Assembly (NCBI GenBank): GCA_018580065.1
Contig: GCA_018580065.1_4845.1
Strand: one strand, 5' to 3'
Length of the DNA stretch: 46,716 nucleotides
Source of the DNA: a phage
Part shown: positions 8,250 to 18,533 of the stretch, one piece after another
How positions within the stretch are numbered: position 1 is the stretch's first letter
Layout of the letters: the number at the start of each line of letters is the position of its first letter
Notes under the pieces: model-generated
What the model saw: the letters and a program-made list of their open reading frames with translations, nothing else
Database searches by the model: none
What the model was told of the DNA's origin: nothing
Translations under genes and position numbers: made by a program

Positions 8250-9320
8250 ACTGCGGAGTTTGCGTACCGTAGCCGTTAAATACTTTCGAACGACCAGCGA
8301 AATCCTTGCGTATCTGGATTCCGTAAGCAGACCATACCATAAAGTTAAAGTTATCGTGCGGGTTGACACGGGCTGCTGCGTAGGTGGAAACAGGCTGAGC
8401 AACACGCGGGCGGATGTACATGTCGTTGCGAACGTAGCCAACGAAATGGTTACCAGTCAGCAGGAAGTTGGTGCCAATCTTGCCGATGCGACCATTACCA
8501 AACTGCGTGATGTACTGCTCAACAGTGCCGCCTTTGAAACCTGCTGCATCAGAATACGGACGCATGAAGCTGCGACGCACTGCCGGGGAAACCCACAGGG
8601 TCACCTGCTCAAATACGTTCTGCGCATCCAGAATAGCCTGGAAATCCTGATTGAAGAAGGTCACGATTTCGTCTGGCGTTGCAGTTTGCAGGTCGATATT
8701 AAGGCCGCCGGAAGCATTCAGGTTAACCTGAACAGTGTTCGGGTGGTTGGTGATACCGTAACCAGTGTAAACGCCGTTCACGTTCAGAGTCTGGTCGCCA
8801 GTCAGCAGATACTGCGCCATGTCGGAACGCAGGTTGAAGGTGACGTTGGCCTGATCGTCCAGCAGTGGGTCGAAGCCTTCAGACTGCATACCCAGCAGTT
8901 CGCGCCATTCGCGGCTGTAGCCAGTCTTGAAGATTGGAATCACATCACCAGTGTAATCGTAGCGAGTTTTATCCAAATCTTCCGGTTCCTGACCAGACAG
9001 AGTGCGGACAACCTTGCCAGCATCGGAAGCAATGCGGCTGATTGCCACAGTCTTACCAATGTTGATGTTTGCCGCGATACCCATCAGGTCAGCCATCATG
9101 TCCTGACCAGCTTCATTGCGGAAAACTCGGGTGGTCACGTTATCCACGTCGCGCCAGTAATCTTTCGTTACCAGTGCGGTAGCGTTCACACCGTAAGTTT
9201 TCGCCAGTTCAGCTTCTGCATTGCAGAACACCTTACGGTCGATGGTGAGATGTTTCCACTGGTCAGCCACCACTGCGGAGTTGGCTACCAAATCTTTGGT
9301 AAAAATAATCTTTTCCATCA

Positions 9321-9321
<1 letters not shown>
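8248..9321 (-). CDS. major capsid protein (lambda gpE-like position)
   Basis: 357 aa; follows decoration-like and scaffold genes in lambda C/Nu3-D-E order; terminator right after. Confidence 0.65.
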
Positions 9322-11200
<1,879 letters not shown>

Positions 11201-11537
11201 GGTTAACTCTCCACGGTTAGTTTGTGGTCGAATTATAACACAGGGAGATGTAGCACCATGAGGCGGTAGCCAGTGCAAATAATGGCGAATCGGTGAGTGC
11301 GTAGAGTGTGAGAAAGTAAGTGATAGGGATTATGTTCATGGGCTACCTCCTGATTAAATGATAGCAGCCCATGATGAATAAAAGATATACGGTGTTAGTC
11401 TGAAATTACATCATCCATGAATGCGAGAGCAGCACCTGTAAGACAAAACAGAGCGCCATAGCAAATCATCTGGTACAGAGTGTCAGCCTCAAATACCCTT
11501 GCGAATGCGTATGCTGATAATATCCACAGTAATGGAA

Positions 11538-11726
11538 TCATGGTCTACCCCTGTTTTCTTTGTAGAGTGCATCGCAGATTTTTTGATACTCCCTCTGAAA
11601 CCAGTCTATGTTCCTGTTGTAATCACTGCCTATTGCCTCAATCTTCTTTGTCGCCATTGCACTTGCTGCATTAATCAATGCAACCTGAACCTCAACAGGC
11701 AGCTCTGGAAATTTTGGGGTGTTCAT
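11538..11726 (-). CDS. hypothetical protein
   Basis: ORF track 62 aa. Confidence 0.4.
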   Translation of the reverse strand: MNTPKFPELPVEVQVALINAASAMATKKIEAIGSDYNRNIDWFQREYQKICDALYKENRGRP

Positions 11727-12049
11727 AACCCAGACTCCTGTTTTGCGCGATGCACGTATGACATAAACTTGCCAATCGGCATTTCCTTGCGGATTTGCGC
11801 CAGAATTGCTCCATGCAACATCCTTTCCTCACCAAAATACAGTTTATCAAGACGAGTTTTGATGAGTGCTCGCGTGCGCTTCATGTGGTCGCGCGCCTTA
11901 AGTGCCTTCTCATGCCAGATGCGGTCATTCTTCTTATCCGCATATTGAAGTTGGCGCTCAACGGTTTCGATTTCAAACGCAAGTTGCATGTCATAATCCT
12001 CAAGCTGAATGATGTCTGCTTTCATGATGTCGTTCAGTTGGATAATCAT
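11723..12049 (-). CDS. hypothetical protein
   Basis: ORF track 108 aa. Confidence 0.45.
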   Translation of the reverse strand: MIIQLNDIMKADIIQLEDYDMQLAFEIETVERQLQYADKKNDRIWHEKALKARDHMKRTRALIKTRLDKLYFGEERMLHGAILAQIRKEMPIGKFMSYVHRAKQESGL

Positions 12050-12438
12050 TTTTTCACCTTTAGTCCTGCACTGATAATTGCTTTCTCTGTCGCCATGACG
12101 CCATCGTTATAGCCTTGAGTCCATTCGTTATCATTATCACCGTCTCCGCATAGCCACGGCGTTGCAACTTCAATTGCTGCACGGGATGCCTGCCACGCCA
12201 TCCATGCAAGGTTTGTTTGATGGCATTTGTACTGCTGGTCATCCCATTCTGTCATTGGGTACTCCGTGCGCCATAAATCAAAGCCTGTTTCTTCCTTAAT
12301 CCACTCCTCAAACTGCTCTCTACTCGTCATCTTCACTTCCTCCACTATCCAGCCCATCTTTCTACGGTTATTGGCAATAAACTCATCCGATGTTACAAAC
12401 AGAGTTCTGCCTGATTTATGCTTAATAGCCCATCTCAT
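12046..12438 (-). CDS. hypothetical protein
   Basis: ORF track 130 aa. Confidence 0.45.
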   Translation of the reverse strand: MRWAIKHKSGRTLFVTSDEFIANNRRKMGWIVEEVKMTSREQFEEWIKEETGFDLWRTEYPMTEWDDQQYKCHQTNLAWMAWQASRAAIEVATPWLCGDGDNDNEWTQGYNDGVMATEKAIISAGLKVKK

Positions 12439-12563
12439 TTAGTACATCCTCAGCAAGTTTGCGGAACATGATTTGCACTCTTGCCACCTTGCGCCACTCA
12501 GCCTCGGTGAGAATCACATCTTCCTGCCGCGGCATTCCTGACATTTCGCATGGCGGTAATGGC

Positions 12564-13052
12564 TCATACTCTTGCTTCTTGCGTTTGGACTTCCCCATGA
12601 TGACCTCTTACATTGCGAAGAAGTGAATTAAACAGATTGCCGACGTTAACCTCCTGCTCACTCCATGAATAACGCCATATCTTCTTGTGGTGGTCATAGC
12701 TTCGCGTTACATCGCCGTTATGAAACATGATGCGAATGCGGCTTTTCACGATGCGGTAATCAATACCAGTGGCGGCGCTAATCTCTTTCACCTCTGCGCC
12801 AGCGTTATCAAGCATGTGGCACTTAATCGCATCATCAATACCTGCCGCATCATCAGATATAAAATATTTATACTGCCACTTCCCGCCACGAATCACTGAC
12901 TTCTCGCGGCGAATAAAGCCAAGCGCAAGCATCTCATGCAAACGATGCGTTGTGGTGCTTGAATGCTTTCCTCTGCAATGCTCCTCAATGTATGCACGCG
13001 TTGCGCCGGGATGCATCATAATCACGCGCATGATTTGCGATTTATAATCCAT
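12564..13052 (-). CDS. putative DNA-binding protein (winged-helix-like)
   Basis: ORF track 162 aa; basic helical N-terminal region. Confidence 0.4.
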   Translation of the reverse strand: MDYKSQIMRVIMMHPGATRAYIEEHCRGKHSSTTTHRLHEMLALGFIRREKSVIRGGKWQYKYFISDDAAGIDDAIKCHMLDNAGAEVKEISAATGIDYRIVKSRIRIMFHNGDVTRSYDHHKKIWRYSWSEQEVNVGNLFNSLLRNVRGHHGEVQTQEARV

Positions 13053-13299
13053 GAGCGCGCTCCTCTACTGCCTGATTAAAGTCTTCGGCGATGTACAGAT
13101 GTCCGTTGCGGGTGTTCCATTTTTTAATTATGACTGATTTCTGTTGATACAAATCAGTTGCAATGCCACACCCCAAGCAAACAATTTGCGATAATCCATC
13201 CTCTCTATCCATTGTCGCATCTCCGCTACCACAGAACGGGCACTCAAGCAATCCTTCATCATTCATCATCGGCATATGTGGTGCGCTCATTTCAACCAT
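13042..13299 (-). CDS. Lar-like zinc-ribbon protein (restriction alleviation family)
   Basis: CPFCGS...CLGCG zinc ribbon followed by KKWNTR, matching Lar-family pattern. Confidence 0.5.
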   Translation of the reverse strand: MVEMSAPHMPMMNDEGLLECPFCGSGDATMDREDGLSQIVCLGCGIATDLYQQKSVIIKKWNTRNGHLYIAEDFNQAVEERAHGL

Positions 13300-13481
13300 T
13301 CTCCAATGTTGTTAAATTTAGGCGCATCGCCAGACCAGTCGATGACATCTCTTTGCTGACTGCGCTTGCGTTGCAGACGGTTTCGCACCTCTCGCAGCTC
13401 ACATTCAAGCCATTCACGAGTGCGCTCAACTTCATTCAGTCGCCGGATTAGCGATTGTTCGTACAGTTCGTCATGCGCCAT
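13287..13481 (-). CDS. hypothetical coiled-coil protein
   Basis: ORF track 64 aa. Confidence 0.4.
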   Translation of the reverse strand: MAHDELYEQSLIRRLNEVERTREWLECELREVRNRLQRKRSQQRDVIDWSGDAPKFNNIGEWLK

Positions 13482-13541
13482 TTGTAATTTCTCCCGTAGA
13501 ACTTAATAACAACGTGCTCAACGCACAGATAACCTTCGTCT

Positions 13542-13739
13542 TCAACCGTTACTGGTTGAACTATAAACCACCGCAGATATAAGTTCGTCAGCCTTTTCAC
13601 GACCAGCAACCTCCGCTTCAAGCGCCAGTGAACACATGGCAGTTTCCACATACTTAATGGTGTCCTCGCGTACGTTAAGTATTTCCATAACCTCGCGCAC
13701 CTCTTTCTGATATCTCGCTGCTATTTCTTTGTATCGCAT
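13542..13739 (-). CDS. hypothetical protein
   Basis: ORF track begins with TTG at 13769; first ATG at 13739. Confidence 0.4.
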   Translation of the reverse strand: MRYKEIAARYQKEVREVMEILNVREDTIKYVETAMCSLALEAEVAGREKADELISAVVYSSTSNG

Positions 13740-13767
13740 TTCCACATCACCTTTTACGTTGTGGTAC

Positions 13768-13814
13768 AATCTACGTCAATAAGTATTGACTATGTGACGT
13801 AGAAACGTCAAGAT
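13768..13814. promoter_or_regulatory. divergent promoter/operator region with inverted GACGTAGA motif pair
   Basis: AATCTACGTCAA (13768-13779) and TGACGTAGAAA (13795-13805) form a dyad; TTGACT -35 at 13786-13791. Confidence 0.45.
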
Positions 13815-13837
13815 GTTTTCGAGAAGGAGTAGTAAAT

Positions 13838-14032
13838 ATGCCAAGACCACGACGCGAGCCGATGGACATTATCACCAGCATTGTGGAGAAGCGGCAGCCG
13901 CTGACACTCCGTGATGTTCGCTACTTTGCCCGTTGCTATGTGGCACTGGCTGATATGCCTAAAGATGAGATGTACCAGATGATTCGTGAGAATTTTAATG
14001 TTGATGAAAATAACCGGGTGACGATGAAATGA
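13838..14032 (+). CDS. hypothetical protein
   Basis: ORF track 64 aa; GAAGGAG RBS. Confidence 0.5.
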   Translation: MPRPRREPMDIITSIVEKRQPLTLRDVRYFARCYVALADMPKDEMYQMIRENFNVDENNRVTMK

Positions 14033-14613
14033 AAAAATGGAAATATCTGAAAGGCTGTGAGGATGATTTTGCTGGCCATGACACGGCTTATCTTGTAGTT
14101 AAGTCAGGAAGTACTGGTGAGATTTTCTATCTAAGCATAGATTATGCTGGTCGCATTGAAGTGATTGAGGGTTGCGGGGATGTTGTTATTGCATACCGCG
14201 AGCCAATTACCGACGAGCAAGACCTCAATGATTGCATTGGTGCGCCGGAAGCAGATTTGAATCGAGGTGGCTTTATTCCCAACACCACATTTGTTGGCGG
14301 TTTCCTGCCTGAAGGATATCCGACCTTTGGTCACACCAATTGCCGATGCAAGTCAGTTAAAGTTGGCGAGACTCACATCGACGGGAAATGCCATGAGGCG
14401 CAACTTGGAAACAAATACCTGCACGAAATTAAGCCTGGTGTATTTGTTGACGTGTACGATGTGCTCATGGCGTGGAATGTCACAAATCCAGCGCTGCAGC
14501 ATCTGATTAAAAAGGCACTGCAGCCAGGCGAGCGCGGACACAAATCACGCGAACAGGATTTACAGGACATCATTGATAGCGCAATTCGCGCAAAAGAACT
14601 GGAGATTAAATAA
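14029..14613 (+). CDS. hypothetical protein
   Basis: ORF track 194 aa, coupled to neighbours. Confidence 0.5.
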   Translation: MKKWKYLKGCEDDFAGHDTAYLVVKSGSTGEIFYLSIDYAGRIEVIEGCGDVVIAYREPITDEQDLNDCIGAPEADLNRGGFIPNTTFVGGFLPEGYPTFGHTNCRCKSVKVGETHIDGKCHEAQLGNKYLHEIKPGVFVDVYDVLMAWNVTNPALQHLIKKALQPGERGHKSREQDLQDIIDSAIRAKELEIK

Positions 14614-14921
14614 TGGCATTCTGCGACATCACCATCGCGCAACGAAACGCGAACTTTACCAACATTGCTGACACATCAGCGCAGCTGGTATCACTGAATA
14701 GCGACGGCAGTGCGGTGCTGAAAATCGGCACCGAAACAGCGCAATTCATTGTGCAGAATCTGTCACAGGCGAATGCAAAGCAGGTGCTGATTAGCACTGG
14801 CAGCGTGCTGTTTCTGGCTGGTAATTACAATGCGCCGAACCTTGAATGTTCACTGGTGCGCATCGTTGAAGCTGCGGTTGAGGAATCTGTTGATGAGCCA
14901 ACAACATTGCCAGCAGAGTGA
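14613..14921 (+). CDS. hypothetical protein
   Basis: ORF track 102 aa. Confidence 0.45.
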   Translation: MAFCDITIAQRNANFTNIADTSAQLVSLNSDGSAVLKIGTETAQFIVQNLSQANAKQVLISTGSVLFLAGNYNAPNLECSLVRIVEAAVEESVDEPTTLPAE

Positions 14922-15051
14922 GCCACCAAAACCATCTGCATGGTGTGAGCAAATGGAACGCAATGCGAAGGATGGTGATGAGGCTTATACTTATTTCCAG
15001 CTGAAGCAAATGTGGAAGCAGAGAGAAAGTTCAGAGCAAGCCACTTAAACA

Positions 15052-15078
15052 CAAGCCCCTTCACGGGGCTTTTTTATT
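15052..15078 (+). terminator. intrinsic terminator
   Basis: AGCCCC-ttca-CGGGGCT followed by TTTTTTATT. Confidence 0.7.
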
Positions 15079-15319
15079 GGAAGTTGTCACGATACCATCC
15101 CTGCCAATCGTAAATAGTCATCTTCCTTTTGGTAGCGCACTCCGTATTCTGGTTTTCTATAACAATGCTCTCATCGCTGTTTTTCGGTGCCACTTTCGAC
15201 AATTCGCACACCTCCCCCAACATTTCTGCTGACGGCTGAGTCTGCGTTGAGAGCTGATTGGCGCAACCGGATATAGTCATCATCAAAAGTGCAAACGGTA
15301 CGGTTCTGGTCGGAGACAT
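15074..15319 (-). CDS. o-spanin (Rz1-like outer-membrane lipoprotein)
   Basis: Lipobox LLMMTISGC after short signal; overlaps 3' end of i-spanin gene in another frame. Confidence 0.6.
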   Translation of the reverse strand: MSPTRTVPFALLMMTISGCANQLSTQTQPSAEMLGEVCELSKVAPKNSDESIVIENQNTECATKRKMTIYDWQGWYRDNFQ

Positions 15320-15560
15320 ATTTCACCACATCGCGATAAATGGTTTTGTATTTAGTTTCGGTCACCACGCGCACCTGTTGGGATTGCGCGGTTGACTTTG
15401 CCTGTTTGTTTTCTGCGTTCTGTTTGCGCTTGGCGGCATCAAGATTGACCTTATCACTATGAGCATACCATCCTTTCAGGTAGCCAGCGCCAAATAATAG
15501 CGAACCAATAGCAATGCCGGTCAATAGCAGAATTATAATTAATTTAACTTTTACCATCAT
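15171..15560 (-). CDS. i-spanin (Rz-like)
   Basis: N-terminal TM helix then charged coiled-coil; downstream of holin and endolysin. Confidence 0.6.
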   Translation of the reverse strand: MMVKVKLIIILLLTGIAIGSLLFGAGYLKGWYAHSDKVNLDAAKRKQNAENKQAKSTAQSQQVRVVTETKYKTIYRDVVKYVSDQNRTVCTFDDDYIRLRQSALNADSAVSRNVGGGVRIVESGTEKQR

Positions 15561-15780
15561 TGCGCAGCCTCCGGTTTTCCTTCCTCATGCCGTGCATCTT
15601 GCCGAGAATACCAACCAGCATGATTGAATAGCTCACACCTTTGACCACGATTGGCGGCAGCGCTGCTTTCAGGTCGTCCGGCATCATTACCCACACATGC
15701 ATCATTGCGTCAGGCCATAGTTGCAACAGTGAGCAGAACGAAATCCACGCGCCGAGCAGCCAGTTGCTTAGCTTTTTCAT
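15544..15780 (-). CDS. holin-like protein (two TM helices, charged C-terminus)
   Basis: 78 aa, two hydrophobic helices, C-terminal KENRRLRNDGKS; within lysis cassette. Confidence 0.5.
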   Translation of the reverse strand: MKKLSNWLLGAWISFCSLLQLWPDAMMHVWVMMPDDLKAALPPIVVKGVSYSIMLVGILGKMHGMRKENRRLRNDGKS

Positions 15781-16241
15781 GTCACAGCCCCGCCAGCATC
15801 CTTGTATACCTGAATCAGCTTATCCAGTTTCTGCTCATGCTGACCATAGCCAGCACCCGGCAATGAAGCCCAGCGGGAACGGCATTTATGGATGGCATCA
15901 GCAATGCGACCAGCCTCGATGTCGGTAGTGGCCTTGCATTCACGGATTAGCTGCATTGCAATGGCATCCTGTGATGCAGGAGAGAAGTCAGGCAGGCGCA
16001 GTTGCTTTTTGTATGCATCATAAAACTTAGCCAGCACCTGATAGCGCCCGGCGGCGGTGGATTTGATGCCCAGCCTAGGCAGACTAATCAGCTTGCGCGG
16101 GTGATCGGAATAGTCAGTAAACAGTGAGCCGCCAACGATCACATCATAACCATGATTATTGGTTTTCTGTCGCCCGTTATCAGTCCCCTCGCTGTACGCC
16201 AGCATATCCAGAAACGCCTTCATGTTTTTGCTAATAGCCAT
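15777..16241 (-). CDS. endolysin, lambda R-type lytic transglycosylase
   Basis: MKAFLDMLAYSEGTDNGRQKTNNHGYDVIVGG...YSDHPR...WASLPGAGYGQ closely matches lambda R; start MAISKN at 16241 (ORF track extends to 16322). Confidence 0.85.
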   Translation of the reverse strand: MAISKNMKAFLDMLAYSEGTDNGRQKTNNHGYDVIVGGSLFTDYSDHPRKLISLPRLGIKSTAAGRYQVLAKFYDAYKKQLRLPDFSPASQDAIAMQLIRECKATTDIEAGRIADAIHKCRSRWASLPGAGYGQHEQKLDKLIQVYKDAGGAVT

Positions 16242-16509
16242 ACCAGTAAACCTCTTTTTCAGCTTTGCGTTTTGCCTTATCACCAGTCTTCTCGCACCAC
16301 ACGATGAAATGCGCAACAGCACATGAGAAGCAGCGGAGATTGTGCTTCTTCAGAAGCGTTGATTTACGGAACACGTCAATGCCAATGTCAGTAGCAAGGC
16401 TCGTCAGCGCGTCGAACTGATTCTGTGTCGTCTTGGTAGTGATATAGGGCGATATATCTACGGCATCGGTGATTCCAAGGGTCTCTATGCCGCGTTGCGA
16501 TAGTTTCAT
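16231..16509 (-). CDS. truncated GH24 lysozyme-like protein lacking the catalytic N-lobe
   Basis: TQNQFDALTSLATDIGIDVFRKSTLLKKHNL matches lysozyme C-lobe; only about 20 aa precede it; AGGAGG RBS, in-frame stop 5 codons upstream of ATG. Confidence 0.5.
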   Translation of the reverse strand: MKLSQRGIETLGITDAVDISPYITTKTTQNQFDALTSLATDIGIDVFRKSTLLKKHNLRCFSCAVAHFIVWCEKTGDKAKRKAEKEVYWYGY

Positions 16510-16553
16510 CCTGCCTCCTGCTCAAATAATAACTAATTCTATCACAATGGCTA

Positions 16554-16584
16554 TTGACGTAGATTGAGCGGTGGTGCATAGTAT
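16554..16584 (+). promoter_or_regulatory. sigma70-like promoter with GACGTAGA dyad
   Basis: TTGACGTAGATT 16554-16565, -10 candidates CATAGT/TAGTAT 16577-16584, inverted copy ATCTACATCA 16583-16592. Confidence 0.5.
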
Positions 16585-16614
16585 CTACATCAAGTGATGA
16601 GTGAGGTGATGAAG

Positions 16615-16836
16615 ATGGAAATAAAACTTAACAAAGAAAGTAATATGCTAAGTCTTACCGGGCAGGGCGAGATGGTGTTCACAAGGCTAAAAAATGGAAA
16701 TGAAACCGCAATAACAATGATATGTGAAGGAGCGAAAACTTCTGTTTCAAATATGTATCTGGTCAATTTGAAAGAGAAAACAAGGGTTGGTAGATTTCTC
16801 TCTGCGCTGAAGCATGTGTGGATTCTTGCCAAATGA
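16615..16836 (+). CDS. hypothetical protein
   Basis: ORF track from GTG 16594; ATG 16615 has GAGGTGA RBS. Confidence 0.45.
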   Translation: MEIKLNKESNMLSLTGQGEMVFTRLKNGNETAITMICEGAKTSVSNMYLVNLKEKTRVGRFLSALKHVWILAK

Positions 16837-16846
16837 AGGTGTAATT

Positions 16847-16990
16847 ATGGTAATGGTCAAATTCAAAGAAAACGGACGCTGCGGAGTGTTCGGTCTTGAA
16901 CAAATCAAAATCCGTCCGTGCGGTAAAGTGGTTGCACCATTTGGTCTGGTGCAGATGCGTGAATGTGAGATCGTGGAATATATTAAGTGA
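16847..16990 (+). CDS. hypothetical small protein (47 aa)
   Basis: Fills inter-ORF gap, ATG start; below ORF-track cutoff. Confidence 0.3.
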   Translation: MVMVKFKENGRCGVFGLEQIKIRPCGKVVAPFGLVQMRECEIVEYIK

Positions 16991-16998
16991 GGTTAGAA

Positions 16999-17277
16999 AT
17001 GACAAAACGCGAATTACACCAATTATTTAACAAATGGCTTGATTCTGTTGGTTTTGGCGACATGAATGATAGAGAGAAGGACTTGCTTTGGTTTGGGTTT
17101 TCTGTTGGATATTGCCACGACAATAACAAGACCATGCTCGCAGCACTCCAGCAGCTTCTGGAAATCTACGACGACCATTCAGGAAAAGCCTGGACAACAT
17201 CAAGCAAGCGTCGTGCTCTGGATAATGCGCGCGATGCGGTTAATAAAGCGCTGGGGGAGCGCAATGAAACAATGTGA
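16999..17277 (+). CDS. hypothetical protein
   Basis: ORF track from GTG 16987; ATG at 16999. Confidence 0.45.
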   Translation: MTKRELHQLFNKWLDSVGFGDMNDREKDLLWFGFSVGYCHDNNKTMLAALQQLLEIYDDHSGKAWTTSSKRRALDNARDAVNKALGERNETM

Positions 17278-17749
17278 TCTTTTCCGTGTTCTTAGTTATA
17301 ACCCTGAATCTGGTGAATTCACGTGGATTAAATCAAGAAGACATGGGTTTAGCGGTCGAAAGGCTGGGTCGGTAAATGGGAAAGGGTACATACAGATCTG
17401 CATTGATGGAAAGCTTTATCTTGCGCACAGGCTTGCTCTTCTATACGTGACAGGAGAGATGCCAAAGGAGGTGGATCATATTAACAGGGTGAGAGATGAC
17501 AATAGATTATGCAACTTAAGGCCATGCACTTCATCTGAAAATAAGCACAACAAGGATATCACATCCAGAAACAAAACAGGGATGAAGGGCGTCAGCTGGT
17601 ATCCTGCCGGAAATTCATGGCGAGTAAGGATATGCGTAAATAAAACACAGATTCATCTGGGCTACTACGAAGACATTGAGCTGGCAGAGCTTGTGTCGCA
17701 AGAGGCGAGAATTAAATACGCAGGAGATTTTAATTATGAAGCTTATTGA
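17264..17749 (+). CDS. HNH homing endonuclease with AP2-like domain (second copy)
   Basis: VDHINRVRDDNRLCNLRPCTSSENKHN HNH motif; GVSWYPAGNSWRVRI AP2-like; paralogous to 6787..7281; ORF track begins upstream in-frame at 17066. Confidence 0.8.
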   Translation: MKQCDLFRVLSYNPESGEFTWIKSRRHGFSGRKAGSVNGKGYIQICIDGKLYLAHRLALLYVTGEMPKEVDHINRVRDDNRLCNLRPCTSSENKHNKDITSRNKTGMKGVSWYPAGNSWRVRICVNKTQIHLGYYEDIELAELVSQEARIKYAGDFNYEAY

Positions 17750-18371
17750 TTTACTGGTTAAAGAATTACCTAAGCGTGGCGGGTGGCCTGAGGGTGCCGT
17801 TGAGTGTCAACGATTTGTTGATGAGGCAACCATTGATTTTTACGATGAAAATGGCAACTGGGATGATGACTGCTCACTTACTTACGGCTCGATAGCGGTG
17901 GAACTCGTCAGAAAGCAGACGTACCCTTGCGAGAGCGAGCAAGTAACTCGCAAGCAATACGAATCCGCACTTGCAGCATCTCAAAAGCCAGCATGGAACG
18001 GCGAAGGTCTTCCGCCAGTTGGTGAGAAAGTTGAGTTCTTCATTAATCCAAAACTCGGATACAGAAACGCCTGGAATCCTGATGCTGGCACTGAAATGGA
18101 AGTGGTTGCACACAAGACAACAACGGATGGCAATAATGTGGCAGTTTGTTATTGGGATGAGCGCGGCGCAGGAAGGTCACACTGCTTCGTACCAGAAAGC
18201 CTAAAACCACCACGCTCAGAAGCAGAGCGCAAGCGTCATGAGGCAGCAGAATCCATTGACTTTTATATGCCGGAATTTATTACCGATACGCCAAATGAGT
18301 TTTACCACGCCAAAAAGATTTACGACGCCATCGCGGCAGGTAAGATTCCCGGCGTGAAACTGGAGGATTGA
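17736..18371 (+). CDS. hypothetical protein
   Basis: ORF track from 17676; ATG at 17736 overlaps HNH stop. Confidence 0.45.
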   Translation: MKLIDLLVKELPKRGGWPEGAVECQRFVDEATIDFYDENGNWDDDCSLTYGSIAVELVRKQTYPCESEQVTRKQYESALAASQKPAWNGEGLPPVGEKVEFFINPKLGYRNAWNPDAGTEMEVVAHKTTTDGNNVAVCYWDERGAGRSHCFVPESLKPPRSEAERKRHEAAESIDFYMPEFITDTPNEFYHAKKIYDAIAAGKIPGVKLED

Positions 18372-18372
18372 T

Positions 18373-18501
18373 ATGTGGTTATTCCCGTTTCTTCTCGGTA
18401 TTGCGTGGTTTGTGATGTATATGTTTGGTGGTAATGATTTCGACGTGGTGATTGCAAATATATGGATGGCGACTAGCTTCATGCTTGCTAACAATAAATA
18501 A
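18373..18501 (+). CDS. small membrane protein (42 aa)
   Basis: Hydrophobic ORF between 17736..18371 and terminator; below ORF-track cutoff. Confidence 0.3.
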   Translation: MWLFPFLLGIAWFVMYMFGGNDFDVVIANIWMATSFMLANNK

Positions 18502-18504
18502 AAC

Positions 18505-18533
18505 CAAGCCCTCACTTAGAGGGCTTTTTGTTA
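18505..18533. terminator. bidirectional intrinsic terminator
   Basis: AAGCCCTC-actta-GAGGGCTT with T-run. Confidence 0.7.
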
